Shown here piece after piece: positions 52,260 to 64,000 of a stretch of 64,000 bases of DNA. The notes beneath the pieces are model-generated. The model saw nothing but the letters and a program-made list of their open reading frames with translations. It had not been told where the DNA came from and did no database searches. The translations under genes were made by a program, and so were the position numbers. The DNA is from Bernardetiaceae bacterium (lineage in GTDB: Bacteria > Bacteroidota > Bacteroidia > Cytophagales > Bernardetiaceae): assembly GCA_036822015.1 (NCBI GenBank), contig DAISIL010000002.1, forward strand, positions 11,268-75,267. The letters are read 5' to 3'. Every line of letters begins with the position of its first letter. The first letter of the stretch is position 1.

Positions 52260-53339
52260 GTGATGAAAAGTTGTTTTTCACTGATTGTCCTTTTTTTGCT
52301 GACTGCCCTGGCTCTGGCCCAACCGCCAGCTCATCACGTGGCGTTCCAGGCACAGTACGGCTTCATCATTCCGCACTCCCAAAGCATCCGTGATGTATCG
52401 GGGAGCAACCCCTGGGGCTTGAAAGTCGATTGGAGTTGGCATTTTAGGAGTGAGGCTGCCTGGCAGTATTGCCAGTGTTTTCCTCGGCTGGGTGTGTCGT
52501 TGGAGTATATCAATTTCGGTAACCCGCAGGTGCTGGGCAATGCCTATCCGGTTTCTTTTTGGGTTGAGCCTGTCTTTGGGGCAGAGCGTCGTTTGAGTGG
52601 GGCTTTGCGTTTTGGTTTTGGCTTGGCTCCCCTTGATCGCATCTATGATCCGATCACGAATCCGGAAAATCTTTTTTATAGCGCACGGGTGAGCTTTTTG
52701 CTGTTGGTCAATGCCAACCTCCGCTACCGCCTTTCGCCGCGCTGGGCTTTGCAGTTGAGCAGCAACTACAACCACATCTCCAACGGCGGTCTCCGCGAAC
52801 CCAACAAGGGCATCAACTACCCCACCCTTAGTCTTGGGCTAGATTACAGCCTGCGTCCGCAGCCCTTTCCCACCTATCGTCCGACGGGTCGGGCTGTGGT
52901 TGCGGATTCGTTGCGGCAGCGTTGGCAGTTGAGCCTCATGGGTTCGGCACAAAATATCGGTGAACAGACGCGCTACCCGCTCCTGGGGCTGATGCTGCGT
53001 TATGGGCGGCGCGTCCGTCCGATGCACGGGCTAAGCGTAGGGGCCGAGTGGGTCTGGGATTTCTCCCTTCGGGAACGCCTGCGCCGTGATGATCCAACGA
53101 GTAGTGCAGCCTTTGCGCGGGGGGCTGTGCTGGTGGGGCATGAGTTGTGGCTCGGGCGCTTTGTCTTTACGCAAGACCTGGGCGTATATGTGTATGCCCC
53201 TACGCCGGCCCGCGATCCGGTGTATCAGCGTTTTGGATTGGATTTTTGGATCAACAGACGCTGGTCGGTGGGCATGAACCTCAAGACGCACCTCCACGTA
53301 GCTGATTTTCTGGACTTCCGCCTGGGCTTCTCCCTTTAA
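52260..53339 (+). CDS. Outer-membrane acyloxyacyl hydrolase family protein (PagL-like lipid A deacylase fold)
   Basis: Signal peptide, alternating amphipathic beta-strand pattern, and a HISNGG block reminiscent of the PagL His/Ser site. Confidence 0.45.
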   Translation: MMKSCFSLIVLFLLTALALAQPPAHHVAFQAQYGFIIPHSQSIRDVSGSNPWGLKVDWSWHFRSEAAWQYCQCFPRLGVSLEYINFGNPQVLGNAYPVSFWVEPVFGAERRLSGALRFGFGLAPLDRIYDPITNPENLFYSARVSFLLLVNANLRYRLSPRWALQLSSNYNHISNGGLREPNKGINYPTLSLGLDYSLRPQPFPTYRPTGRAVVADSLRQRWQLSLMGSAQNIGEQTRYPLLGLMLRYGRRVRPMHGLSVGAEWVWDFSLRERLRRDDPTSSAAFARGAVLVGHELWLGRFVFTQDLGVYVYAPTPARDPVYQRFGLDFWINRRWSVGMNLKTHLHVADFLDFRLGFSL

Positions 53340-53378
53340 AAAAACCGTCAAAGACGGTCGCCAGACCTCTTTGACACT

Positions 53379-55589
53379 TCAGACCCGCACGCCCAGTACC
53401 GTGATGTCGTCGCGCTGCTCGGTGTCTTGTTGGTGTTGTTTGAGGGTTTCTCGGATGATCTCTGCTTGTTTGGACAGGGGCAAGGGACAGATCAGGCGCA
53501 GGAGGTTCTCGAAGCGCATGGAGCCAAAGCGTTCTAGGTCGGGGTTACTTTGGTCGATGTATCCATCAGAAAGCAGATAGACGATACCGCCCTGGCGGAG
53601 GTCAAGTCTCTGGTTATGAAACATTTTGGTACTTCGTTTGCGCACCCGCCCACCGATGGAGTGCCGATCTCCCCGCAATTTTTTGGGGTTTTGTTGGGCT
53701 TGTCCACAATCGAGATAATAGATCGCCTGCTTGGCACCCGCAAAGACGACGCTGCGCCCCTCAAAGCGGCAGAGGCTGATGTCCATGCCGTCTCGGTTGC
53801 TGGTTGTGGTGGAGTGTAGCGTTTTTTTGATCTCTTGATCGAGGTGAGCCAGGATCATGGCCGGATCGTAGCAGCGCATCTGCTGGACGATTTCGTTGAG
53901 GAGCGTATGGGCGATCATGGACATAAACGCCCCCGGCACGCCATGCCCTGTGCAATCTACGACAGCCAAAAATCGGTAATCCTCCGTAGTATGTTCGGGA
54001 ATATCCGCTTGATCTACTTGGAGAAACCAGTAGAAATCACCCGAAACAATATCCTTCGGCAAGAAGAGCAAAAAACTTTCTGCAAAAGCCGCTTCGATGT
54101 CGGATAGGCGCGGGAGCAGCCCGTGCTGGATGTCCTGGGCATAGCGGATGCTATCGGTGATGTTGTTGTTCTGGCGGCGGTTTTCTGATAGGGTATTTTC
54201 GAGGATGACCTGCTGGGCTTGGAGGCGGTCTTTTTGGGCCTGGATTTCCTCGTTTTGTTGGTGGATGTATTGGTTCTTTTGGCGGAGCTTTTGGTTGGCT
54301 TCTTGCTTGATGTAATACCCTCGATAGATCAACCCGATCAAGACAAAGCTCATCAAAGTAGCCACGATGAGGAAGTTACGCTGGCGTTGCTGCCGCTGGA
54401 TTTCGTTTTCTTGCTGTTGGAGTTGTTGTTGCTGCCACTGGATTTGTTGTCGGTGTTCTTTGATCTGGTAGCGGCTTTCGATCTCACGGGTGTAGCGGAT
54501 TTGTTCCAGATTGAAGAGGCTGTCCTTGATCTGAACAAACTGCCGATACACGGCTAGGGCTTGTGCCGTCGCGCCTATTTTTTCGTAAGTCCTGACCATG
54601 ACTTCGAGTACGTCTTTTTGCAGATTGACATCACCGATCTGACGACTGATACGCTGGGCTTCGGTGATTTCGCGGAGGGCTTTGGTGTAGTATTCGTTGC
54701 GGAGTTTGCCCAGGCTGCCGCCCATGCTAAGGTAGGCATCGGCGCGTTTGGTTTTGGCTAGGGCGATACCGCGCGGCTGATCGAGTTGTTGGTAGATGTC
54801 GATGGCTTGTTTGAGCAAGCCGAGGCCTTGGGCGTACTGCCCCTTAGCGATGTGGATGTTGGCGATGTTGATGTAAGAGGTCGCGATGCCGGAGCGGTTG
54901 TTTAGTTTTTCTTTGATGTCCAGGGATTGGTAGTGCCAATGGAGTGCCGAGTCGAGTTGGTGCATTTTTTCGTGGATCAGACCGATGTTGTTGTACGAGC
55001 TGGCCAGGGCGCGGGTCTGTCCGGTTTGTTGGCGCAAGGCTACGGCCCGATAAAAGTAAGTCAAGGCTCTGGGGTAGTCCTCCTGGATCGCATGAATGAT
55101 CCCGATGTTGTTGATGGTCTGGGCGATGCCGGGGATATTTTGGAGGGAATCATAGATGTCAAGGGCTTGTTGGTAGTACTGGAGCGTTTGTCCGAGGTCG
55201 CCTTGAAGTTCGTAGATGATCCCGACGTTGTTGGCCCATCGGGCTTGCATCTCGGGGGTGTTGAGGTGTTGTCGGGCTTGCTCAAAGTAATCGAGGGCGG
55301 CGATATAGTCGCTTTTCCCACGAAAGATTACCCCGATTTGGAGGAGAGCTTCGGCCGTACCGTTGGTGTGTTGCAGCGACTGGGAGAGCGTCAAGGCGCT
55401 GTTGGCGTAAGCCAGGGCGGTATCGGGGGTGTTGTCGCGGAAGGCATCGGAGAGCAGCAGGAGTAATCTTACTTTGGTGGTATCTTTTTGGGGATGCTGG
55501 CTTAGGGCTACCCGCAGGCTATCGGCGTAGGGATGCGACCAAAGCCCCACGATGGGAAAAAGCCATAAAAAAACGATCCAACGGAGCAT
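53379..55589 (-). CDS. Sensor serine phosphatase: signal peptide + multiple TPR repeats + TM helix + coiled coil + PP2C/SpoIIE
   Basis: Repeated TPR units (ALxxxGxIxxxxGDLxxALxYY...). TM helix FLIVATLMSFVLIGLIY. Q-rich coiled coil. PP2C motif KDIVSGDFYW...VVDCTGHGVPGAFMS. Confidence 0.8.
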   Translation of the reverse strand: MLRWIVFLWLFPIVGLWSHPYADSLRVALSQHPQKDTTKVRLLLLLSDAFRDNTPDTALAYANSALTLSQSLQHTNGTAEALLQIGVIFRGKSDYIAALDYFEQARQHLNTPEMQARWANNVGIIYELQGDLGQTLQYYQQALDIYDSLQNIPGIAQTINNIGIIHAIQEDYPRALTYFYRAVALRQQTGQTRALASSYNNIGLIHEKMHQLDSALHWHYQSLDIKEKLNNRSGIATSYINIANIHIAKGQYAQGLGLLKQAIDIYQQLDQPRGIALAKTKRADAYLSMGGSLGKLRNEYYTKALREITEAQRISRQIGDVNLQKDVLEVMVRTYEKIGATAQALAVYRQFVQIKDSLFNLEQIRYTREIESRYQIKEHRQQIQWQQQQLQQQENEIQRQQRQRNFLIVATLMSFVLIGLIYRGYYIKQEANQKLRQKNQYIHQQNEEIQAQKDRLQAQQVILENTLSENRRQNNNITDSIRYAQDIQHGLLPRLSDIEAAFAESFLLFLPKDIVSGDFYWFLQVDQADIPEHTTEDYRFLAVVDCTGHGVPGAFMSMIAHTLLNEIVQQMRCYDPAMILAHLDQEIKKTLHSTTTSNRDGMDISLCRFEGRSVVFAGAKQAIYYLDCGQAQQNPKKLRGDRHSIGGRVRKRSTKMFHNQRLDLRQGGIVYLLSDGYIDQSNPDLERFGSMRFENLLRLICPLPLSKQAEIIRETLKQHQQDTEQRDDITVLGVRV

Positions 55590-55660
55590 ACCGCCTAGTT
55601 CTTGTTTGTTTCTTGAACAAGATACTAACTTTTTGGTATTTTCCTGATGCCGTGATACCC

Positions 55661-59491
<3,831 letters not shown>

Positions 59492-59552
59492 ACGTCTTGT
59501 GCGTTTTTGATTATCTTTGGAGATGAAGCTATCAAATATCTTGCTTAGTTGG

Positions 59553-60575
59553 ATGCCACGGCGTATTTTTTTTGTGGCAGGGCTTATAGGATGGCTCCTC
59601 GCGTGTCAGGAAAAGACCACCGAAAGGCCCGCTGAAGTTGTCCGCCCGCCGCTTTTTCGGGTGGCCAGCACCCTTCAGCTGCCTGCCCAGCCCCTCGGGC
59701 TTGCTGTCGCGGACATGAACAACGATGGCTTCCCCGAGATCATCGCCCTACACCAAAAGGGGATCAGTTATTGGACAAACAACCGCCAACTGACTTTCCA
59801 ACAAGCCTTTGGCATCCCAGAGGGTCTCCAGTCCTTTGCCCTCACGCTGGCCGATCTCGACGGCGACGGATACCTGGACATCTTCGCCCCCCCGTATCTG
59901 CTCCACAACCGCCGCGATCATACGTTTGGCCCCAACACTGATATCCAGGGGCTGCCTTCGGATGCCTGTACGGTGCCTTTCGGATTTTTTGACCTGGACA
60001 AAGACGGCGATCTGGACTTTCAATCCGGCAGCCGTACCTGGCAACGCCACCACAACCAGTTCCGAGAACAAGACCTACCCCGCCTTTCGCTGTCGCCCTA
60101 CCTCTATCTAGACGCAACTCTCAACGGATCAGGGGATGCTCTGGCTATCAAAAATAAGCAGGTTACCTCTGATTCTTATCGGTTTTTGGGAGATAATCTA
60201 GCTTTTCTGGTAGCTGCTGATCTCGACCGCGATGGAGACCCCGACCTGGTAGCCCTCGATGCCGACGGCAAGCTGCACATTCACCAAAACCGCGCCCGCG
60301 AGCAATACCCCCAACACCACTACCTGCGCCTGCGCCTGATCGGTAGCCCGAGCAACTACCACAGTATCGGGGCCCGAGTTCGGATCGGGACACAGACCTA
60401 CGAGAACCTCCCCCAAACACCCTTTGGGATGCAGCCGCCCCTCCTGCACCTCGGACTCGGCACCTCCCAGAGCATCGAACAGATTCAAGTCCAGTGGCCC
60501 GACGGGCGGACTCTCGTCCTGGAAAACATCCGAGCCAACCAAGACCTCACCCTTCACCAAAACCACGCCCAATGA
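59553..60575 (+). CDS. FG-GAP repeat / ASPIC-UnbV family lipoprotein (CRTAC1-like)
   Basis: Lipobox LLAC. FG-GAP-like repeats (DMNNDGFPEII, DLDGDGYLDIF, DLDKDGDLDF, DLDRDGDPDLV). C-terminal LRLRLIGSPSNYHSIGARVRI resembles the ASPIC/UnbV signature. Confidence 0.6.
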   Translation: MPRRIFFVAGLIGWLLACQEKTTERPAEVVRPPLFRVASTLQLPAQPLGLAVADMNNDGFPEIIALHQKGISYWTNNRQLTFQQAFGIPEGLQSFALTLADLDGDGYLDIFAPPYLLHNRRDHTFGPNTDIQGLPSDACTVPFGFFDLDKDGDLDFQSGSRTWQRHHNQFREQDLPRLSLSPYLYLDATLNGSGDALAIKNKQVTSDSYRFLGDNLAFLVAADLDRDGDPDLVALDADGKLHIHQNRAREQYPQHHYLRLRLIGSPSNYHSIGARVRIGTQTYENLPQTPFGMQPPLLHLGLGTSQSIEQIQVQWPDGRTLVLENIRANQDLTLHQNHAQ

Positions 60576-61423
60576 CCCCCACAGTCTCCCATCGTGTTGC
60601 CATTCAAGGCATCAAGTCTTCCTTCCATGAGCAAGCCGCCCAACAACTTTTTGCAGGTCATGCCCTGGAGATCATCCCTTGTTTTTCGTTTCGGCAAGTG
60701 GCCCAGACGCTCAAGGCAGATGCGGCCGACTATGCCGTTCTGGCCATCGAAAACTCTATCGCCGGAAGCATCCTGGGCAACTACCGCCTCATCCAGGATT
60801 ATCATTTCAAGATCGTAGGGGAACTTTACGTACATATCCAGATGAACCTGATGGCCTTGCCTGGTACGCCCCTGGAGGCCATCCAAAGCGTCTATTCGCA
60901 TCCCATCGCTTTGCAGCAGTGTGCCGAGTACCTCCACACCCTTCCCGATGTCCAGCTCATCGACTGGCAAGATACCGCCTCGGCTGCCCACATGATCCAT
61001 GAACGCCAACGACACGATGCCGCTGCCGTAGCCGGCAAAGCGGCCGCAGAGGAGTATGGACTGGAGATCATTGCCCCGCGTATCGAAACGAACAAACAAA
61101 ACTTCACCCGATTTTTGCTGCTCTCCAAAAGCTTATCCGATACGCCAGACTTCGACAAAGCCTCTATTTCCTTTCGCCTGGGGTCTGGCGTAGGGGAGCT
61201 AGCCGAGGTGCTGACGGCCATCGCTCGTCATGGCATCAACCTAACGAAGGTGCAATCCGTCCCCGTGATTGGTAAGCCCTCCGAGTACACCTTTTATCTT
61301 GATCTGGTTTGGGAGGAAAACACGGGCGACTATGCGGGGGCTTTGGAGGCTGTTTTGCGGCGCGTTTCGAGTTTGTCTTTGCTGGGCGAGTACAAAAAAG
61401 CACAAATGCGTTATGAAGGCTAA
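60572..61423 (+). CDS. pheA: Prephenate dehydratase
   Basis: PDT domain (VAIQGIKSSFHEQAA...YAVLAIENSIAGSI) and C-terminal ACT domain (ASISFRL...GELAEVL). Start overlaps the upstream stop (ATGA). Confidence 0.85.
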   Translation: MTPTVSHRVAIQGIKSSFHEQAAQQLFAGHALEIIPCFSFRQVAQTLKADAADYAVLAIENSIAGSILGNYRLIQDYHFKIVGELYVHIQMNLMALPGTPLEAIQSVYSHPIALQQCAEYLHTLPDVQLIDWQDTASAAHMIHERQRHDAAAVAGKAAAEEYGLEIIAPRIETNKQNFTRFLLLSKSLSDTPDFDKASISFRLGSGVGELAEVLTAIARHGINLTKVQSVPVIGKPSEYTFYLDLVWEENTGDYAGALEAVLRRVSSLSLLGEYKKAQMRYEG

Positions 61424-62102
61424 GTGCTTTGTTTTTTGTTGGTTATGGATGATCGGCTGCGGGCTGGTAGCTGCCCAGGATATTGGTATCAATGTCCATT
61501 ACGCTTACACCGATGCCCTGTACTGGCAGTCTATCGTGCGGGCCCACAACACCACCCGAGAGCAACTCCCGGACTTGCGGCACGCCTACGGTTTTGGGGT
61601 AGATATGGGTTTTGCGTTGAGTTATCGGCTGCGGCTCTTGCCTGAAATCAACTACCAACGGCTAGGCAGTTCCAATGCCCTGACGGAGCTAAGCCAGCAA
61701 TACCTCGGCGCGTTTGTGCATCTGCAACTGTACCCTTTTGGTTTCGGGACACAACTTCACTGCCCTACTTTTGGGCAAGTGCCGTATGGGCGTAGCCCGC
61801 AAAGTGGTTTTTTTCTGCGCTTTTCGGTGGGAGGGCAGACGCTGTGGGCGCGTACCCGTCGCGATGGACAGCAAACCACCTCCCCACGCACCCAAACGGC
61901 CAGCATAGGGTTGGGCATGGGCTACGACTGGATGCCCTCCGAGCGCATTTCCTTGACCCCCATCTTGCATTTGCGCTATCACCCCGACCTGCGCATCTCG
62001 GATTACGACAAGGCCATCACCGGAACGGAAGTTTTGAACCTCCGCAACAGCGATGAAGTCTTGATGTTTGGCTGTGTGTTGCGTTTGGCTTACATCCTTT
62101 AG
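61413..62102 (+). CDS. Outer-membrane beta-barrel protein (OMP_b-brl/porin-like), hypothetical
   Basis: Signal peptide MKAKCFVFCWLWMIGCGLVAAQ. Alternating beta-strand pattern. C-terminal aromatic residue pattern LRLAYIL. Confidence 0.45.
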   Translation: MKAKCFVFCWLWMIGCGLVAAQDIGINVHYAYTDALYWQSIVRAHNTTREQLPDLRHAYGFGVDMGFALSYRLRLLPEINYQRLGSSNALTELSQQYLGAFVHLQLYPFGFGTQLHCPTFGQVPYGRSPQSGFFLRFSVGGQTLWARTRRDGQQTTSPRTQTASIGLGMGYDWMPSERISLTPILHLRYHPDLRISDYDKAITGTEVLNLRNSDEVLMFGCVLRLAYIL

Positions 62103-63106
62103 AGCCGCTGGAAAGTCTGCAAGATACTGGAAAGCACCGCCTGGGCAGCCCATACGCGGTTGGCGGCCTGGGCGAGTACCAACGAGCTAGGGCCATCCAG
62201 GATGGCTTCGGATAGCTCTACGTTGCGCCGAACGGGCAGGCAGTGCATGACCTTTGCCTGGCGGGTGTGTGCCGAGAGTAGATCGGGTGTGAGCATCCAA
62301 CTTCCTTTGACGGGCGGGCATTGGCCGTAGTCCTCAAAACTTGACCAGTTCTTGATATACACAAAATCTGCTCCTGCGATGCCCGCCTCCAGGTCGTAGC
62401 TTACAGGTGTATCTCCCACAAAATCAGGATCAAGGCTATAGCCCTTCGGGTGAGCTATCGAAAAATCAAGCCATCCGCTTTGGGCAGCTACGCGCATCCA
62501 TTCGGCAAAAGAATTGGGGACGGCCTGCGGTAAGGCTTTGATGTGCGGGGCCCAGACCAGGACGACTTTGGGGCGACGCGCCCACACAAAATCAACGCGC
62601 TGGCTATCCCAGACGGCGGTGCTATGCTCGAGGATGGTCAGTAAGTCGGCCAGACTTTGGAGCGGATGCCGCGTAGCCGATTCCAGGCTCATGACGGGAC
62701 GGCGGCAGTGGGTCATAAACTGCTGAAAAATGACCTCGGCTTTGTCGGCGGCACGGTCGGTTAGGCCGGGAAATGACCGCAAGCCCACAATGTCGCAATA
62801 CGTGCCGATCACGCCGGCGGCTTCGCGGATATGCTCTACACCCTTTCCGTCCATGCGTACGCCGTCGCGGGTCTCGAGTTGCCAGCCTTCTTGCCCGATG
62901 TTGAGGACGATGGTATGTAGCCCGAGGTGCTGGGCTGCCTTTTGGGTACTCATGCGGGTACGCAAGCTGGGGTTGAGGAAGATCAAGCCGAGGGTTTTTT
63001 GTGCGCCTAGCTGGGGCTGTCCGTAGGGCCACTGTTTGGCTTCCAGGGCCAGGCGCAGGAGGGAGGGCAGATGCGGAACGTCATTGACCGAAAAAAAATG
63101 GTACAT
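62099..63106 (-). CDS. argF': N-acyl-ornithine carbamoyltransferase (Bacteroidetes/Xanthomonas ArgF'-type)
   Basis: Carbamoyl-phosphate site PSLRTR, HCLP motif, ~335 aa. Differs from the classical OTC STRTR motif, as in the acetyl/succinyl-ornithine transcarbamylases. Confidence 0.8.
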   Translation of the reverse strand: MYHFFSVNDVPHLPSLLRLALEAKQWPYGQPQLGAQKTLGLIFLNPSLRTRMSTQKAAQHLGLHTIVLNIGQEGWQLETRDGVRMDGKGVEHIREAAGVIGTYCDIVGLRSFPGLTDRAADKAEVIFQQFMTHCRRPVMSLESATRHPLQSLADLLTILEHSTAVWDSQRVDFVWARRPKVVLVWAPHIKALPQAVPNSFAEWMRVAAQSGWLDFSIAHPKGYSLDPDFVGDTPVSYDLEAGIAGADFVYIKNWSSFEDYGQCPPVKGSWMLTPDLLSAHTRQAKVMHCLPVRRNVELSEAILDGPSSLVLAQAANRVWAAQAVLSSILQTFQRL

Positions 63107-63185
63107 AAGTCGGTGTTAGAGGTAATGGATAATTGATAATGAATAAGAACCAAACTTGAGCTTGCTTGATCGCCAGCATGTGGGG

Positions 63186-64000
63186 CTACTGTGCTTGTAG
63201 TGTAGCTTTGAAGGCAGACAAAAAGCGATCAAGCTCTGCTTCTCCTATCGTGAGCGGCGGCAACAAACGAATGATATTGGGGGCTGCCGTTCCCGTAAAA
63301 ACATGTCCCTTCATCAGGAGGTCTTTGCGGATATGGGGCAGGTCTTCGGGCAACTCAATGCCGATCATCAATCCGCGCCCGCGCACCTGACGTACATGAG
63401 GTAGGTGGGTCAGTTCTTCGATCAGGACTTTACCCTGCCGCTGGGCGTTTTGGAGGAGGTTTTCTTCGACCAGGGTATCCAGGACGGCCAGCCCTGCGGC
63501 GCAAGCCAGCGGATTTCCTCCAAAGGTCGTCCCGAGCTGCCCGTACCACGGCTCAAAATGCGGGGCTACGATGATCCCACCGATGGGAAACCCATTGCCC
63601 ATGCCCTTAGCCATCGTAAAGATGTCGGCTTCCTCCTGGGAGAAAAAGCGCCCCGTGCGTCCGTAGCCCGCCTGCACCTCGTCGGCGATCATCACGGCAT
63701 CGTGTTGGCGCGTCAGGTCTCGGATGGCTTTCAAGAAGTCCGGCTCTGCTACCCGAATCCCGCCAACACCCTGGATGCCCTCCACGATGACGGAGGAGAT
63801 ATGCGGCCCTTCTCGTTCAAAGGTCTGGGTGAGGGCGGCGATGTCGTTGAGAGGCAAGCGTATGATATGTTTTGTGGCATTGACGGGCGCCAGTATTTTG
63901 GGGTTGTCCGTCGCGGCCAGGGCCAGGGAGGTACGCCCATGAAAGCCCTTTTCAAAGGTGATGACCTTGCTGCGCTGGTTGTAAAAAGAAGCCAGCTTGA
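63186..64000 (-). CDS. argD: Acetyl(succinyl)ornithine aminotransferase, class III PLP enzyme; N-terminus lies beyond the window end
   Basis: Reverse-frame translation reads KGFHGRTSLALAATDNPKILAPVNATKHIIRLPLNDIAAL...VIVEGIQGVGGIRVAEPDFLKAIRDLTRQHDAVMIADEVQAGYGRTGRFF...TMAKGMGNGFPIGG. No stop before nt 64000. Confidence 0.8.
   Translation of the reverse strand, partial: KLASFYNQRSKVITFEKGFHGRTSLALAATDNPKILAPVNATKHIIRLPLNDIAALTQTFEREGPHISSVIVEGIQGVGGIRVAEPDFLKAIRDLTRQHDAVMIADEVQAGYGRTGRFFSQEEADIFTMAKGMGNGFPIGGIIVAPHFEPWYGQLGTTFGGNPLACAAGLAVLDTLVEENLLQNAQRQGKVLIEELTHLPHVRQVRGRGLMIGIELPEDLPHIRKDLLMKGHVFTGTAAPNIIRLLPPLTIGEAELDRFLSAFKATLQAQ

Noticed and set aside
63186-63857. Apparent start of argD at 63857 (MPLNDIAAL)
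   Set aside because: The M is a TTG. The same frame stays open to the window edge and translates to the conserved aminotransferase core (KGFHGRTSLALAATDNPK), so the gene is 5'-truncated by the window rather than starting here.

Overview
This 64-kb window looks like chromosomal DNA from a Bacteroidetes (Cytophagia/Sphingobacteriia-like) genome at roughly 55-60% GC, densely packed with about 58 genes. There is no CRISPR array or obvious insertion sequence. Housekeeping genes (trxB, kdsA, murA, lgt, aroQ, pheA, argF'/argD, an ABC exporter, MscS, a transketolase C-terminal subunit, tRNA-Met) are interleaved with many large signal-transduction proteins. Four of these are paralogous sensor proteins ending in a SpoIIE/RsbU-type PP2C phosphatase domain, with 7TMR-DISM, beta-propeller+Y_Y_Y (two copies) or TPR sensor modules. 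There is also a 1276-aa hybrid histidine kinase with three receiver domains, and orphan LytTR-type and LuxR-type response regulators. The less routine content is as follows. (1) A low-GC island at the 5' edge carries an overlapping HEPN(HI0074)-MNT(HI0073)-HNH nuclease three-gene cassette. (2) A membrane-anchored protein has three tandem TIR domains and appears translationally coupled to an orphan transketolase C-terminal subunit. (3) A full-length bacterial homolog of the eukaryotic major vault protein sits directly behind a LytTR response regulator and next to tRNA-Met. (4) A tightly overlapping, partly low-GC eight-gene operon encodes an Arn/Gtr-like lipid-carrier glycosylation pathway: a GtrB/ArnC-type GT2, WbqC, a sugar N-formyltransferase, two SAM methyltransferases, a WecE-type 4-aminotransferase and a large polytopic GT-C-like membrane protein. 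(5) A hybrid histidine kinase and a TPR-PP2C phosphatase form an apparent operon. Most start codons in the supplied ORF track are TTG, GTG or CTG; where an in-frame ATG fit better I re-evaluated the start. All domain calls come from reading the translated sequences and recognising family motifs, not from database searches.
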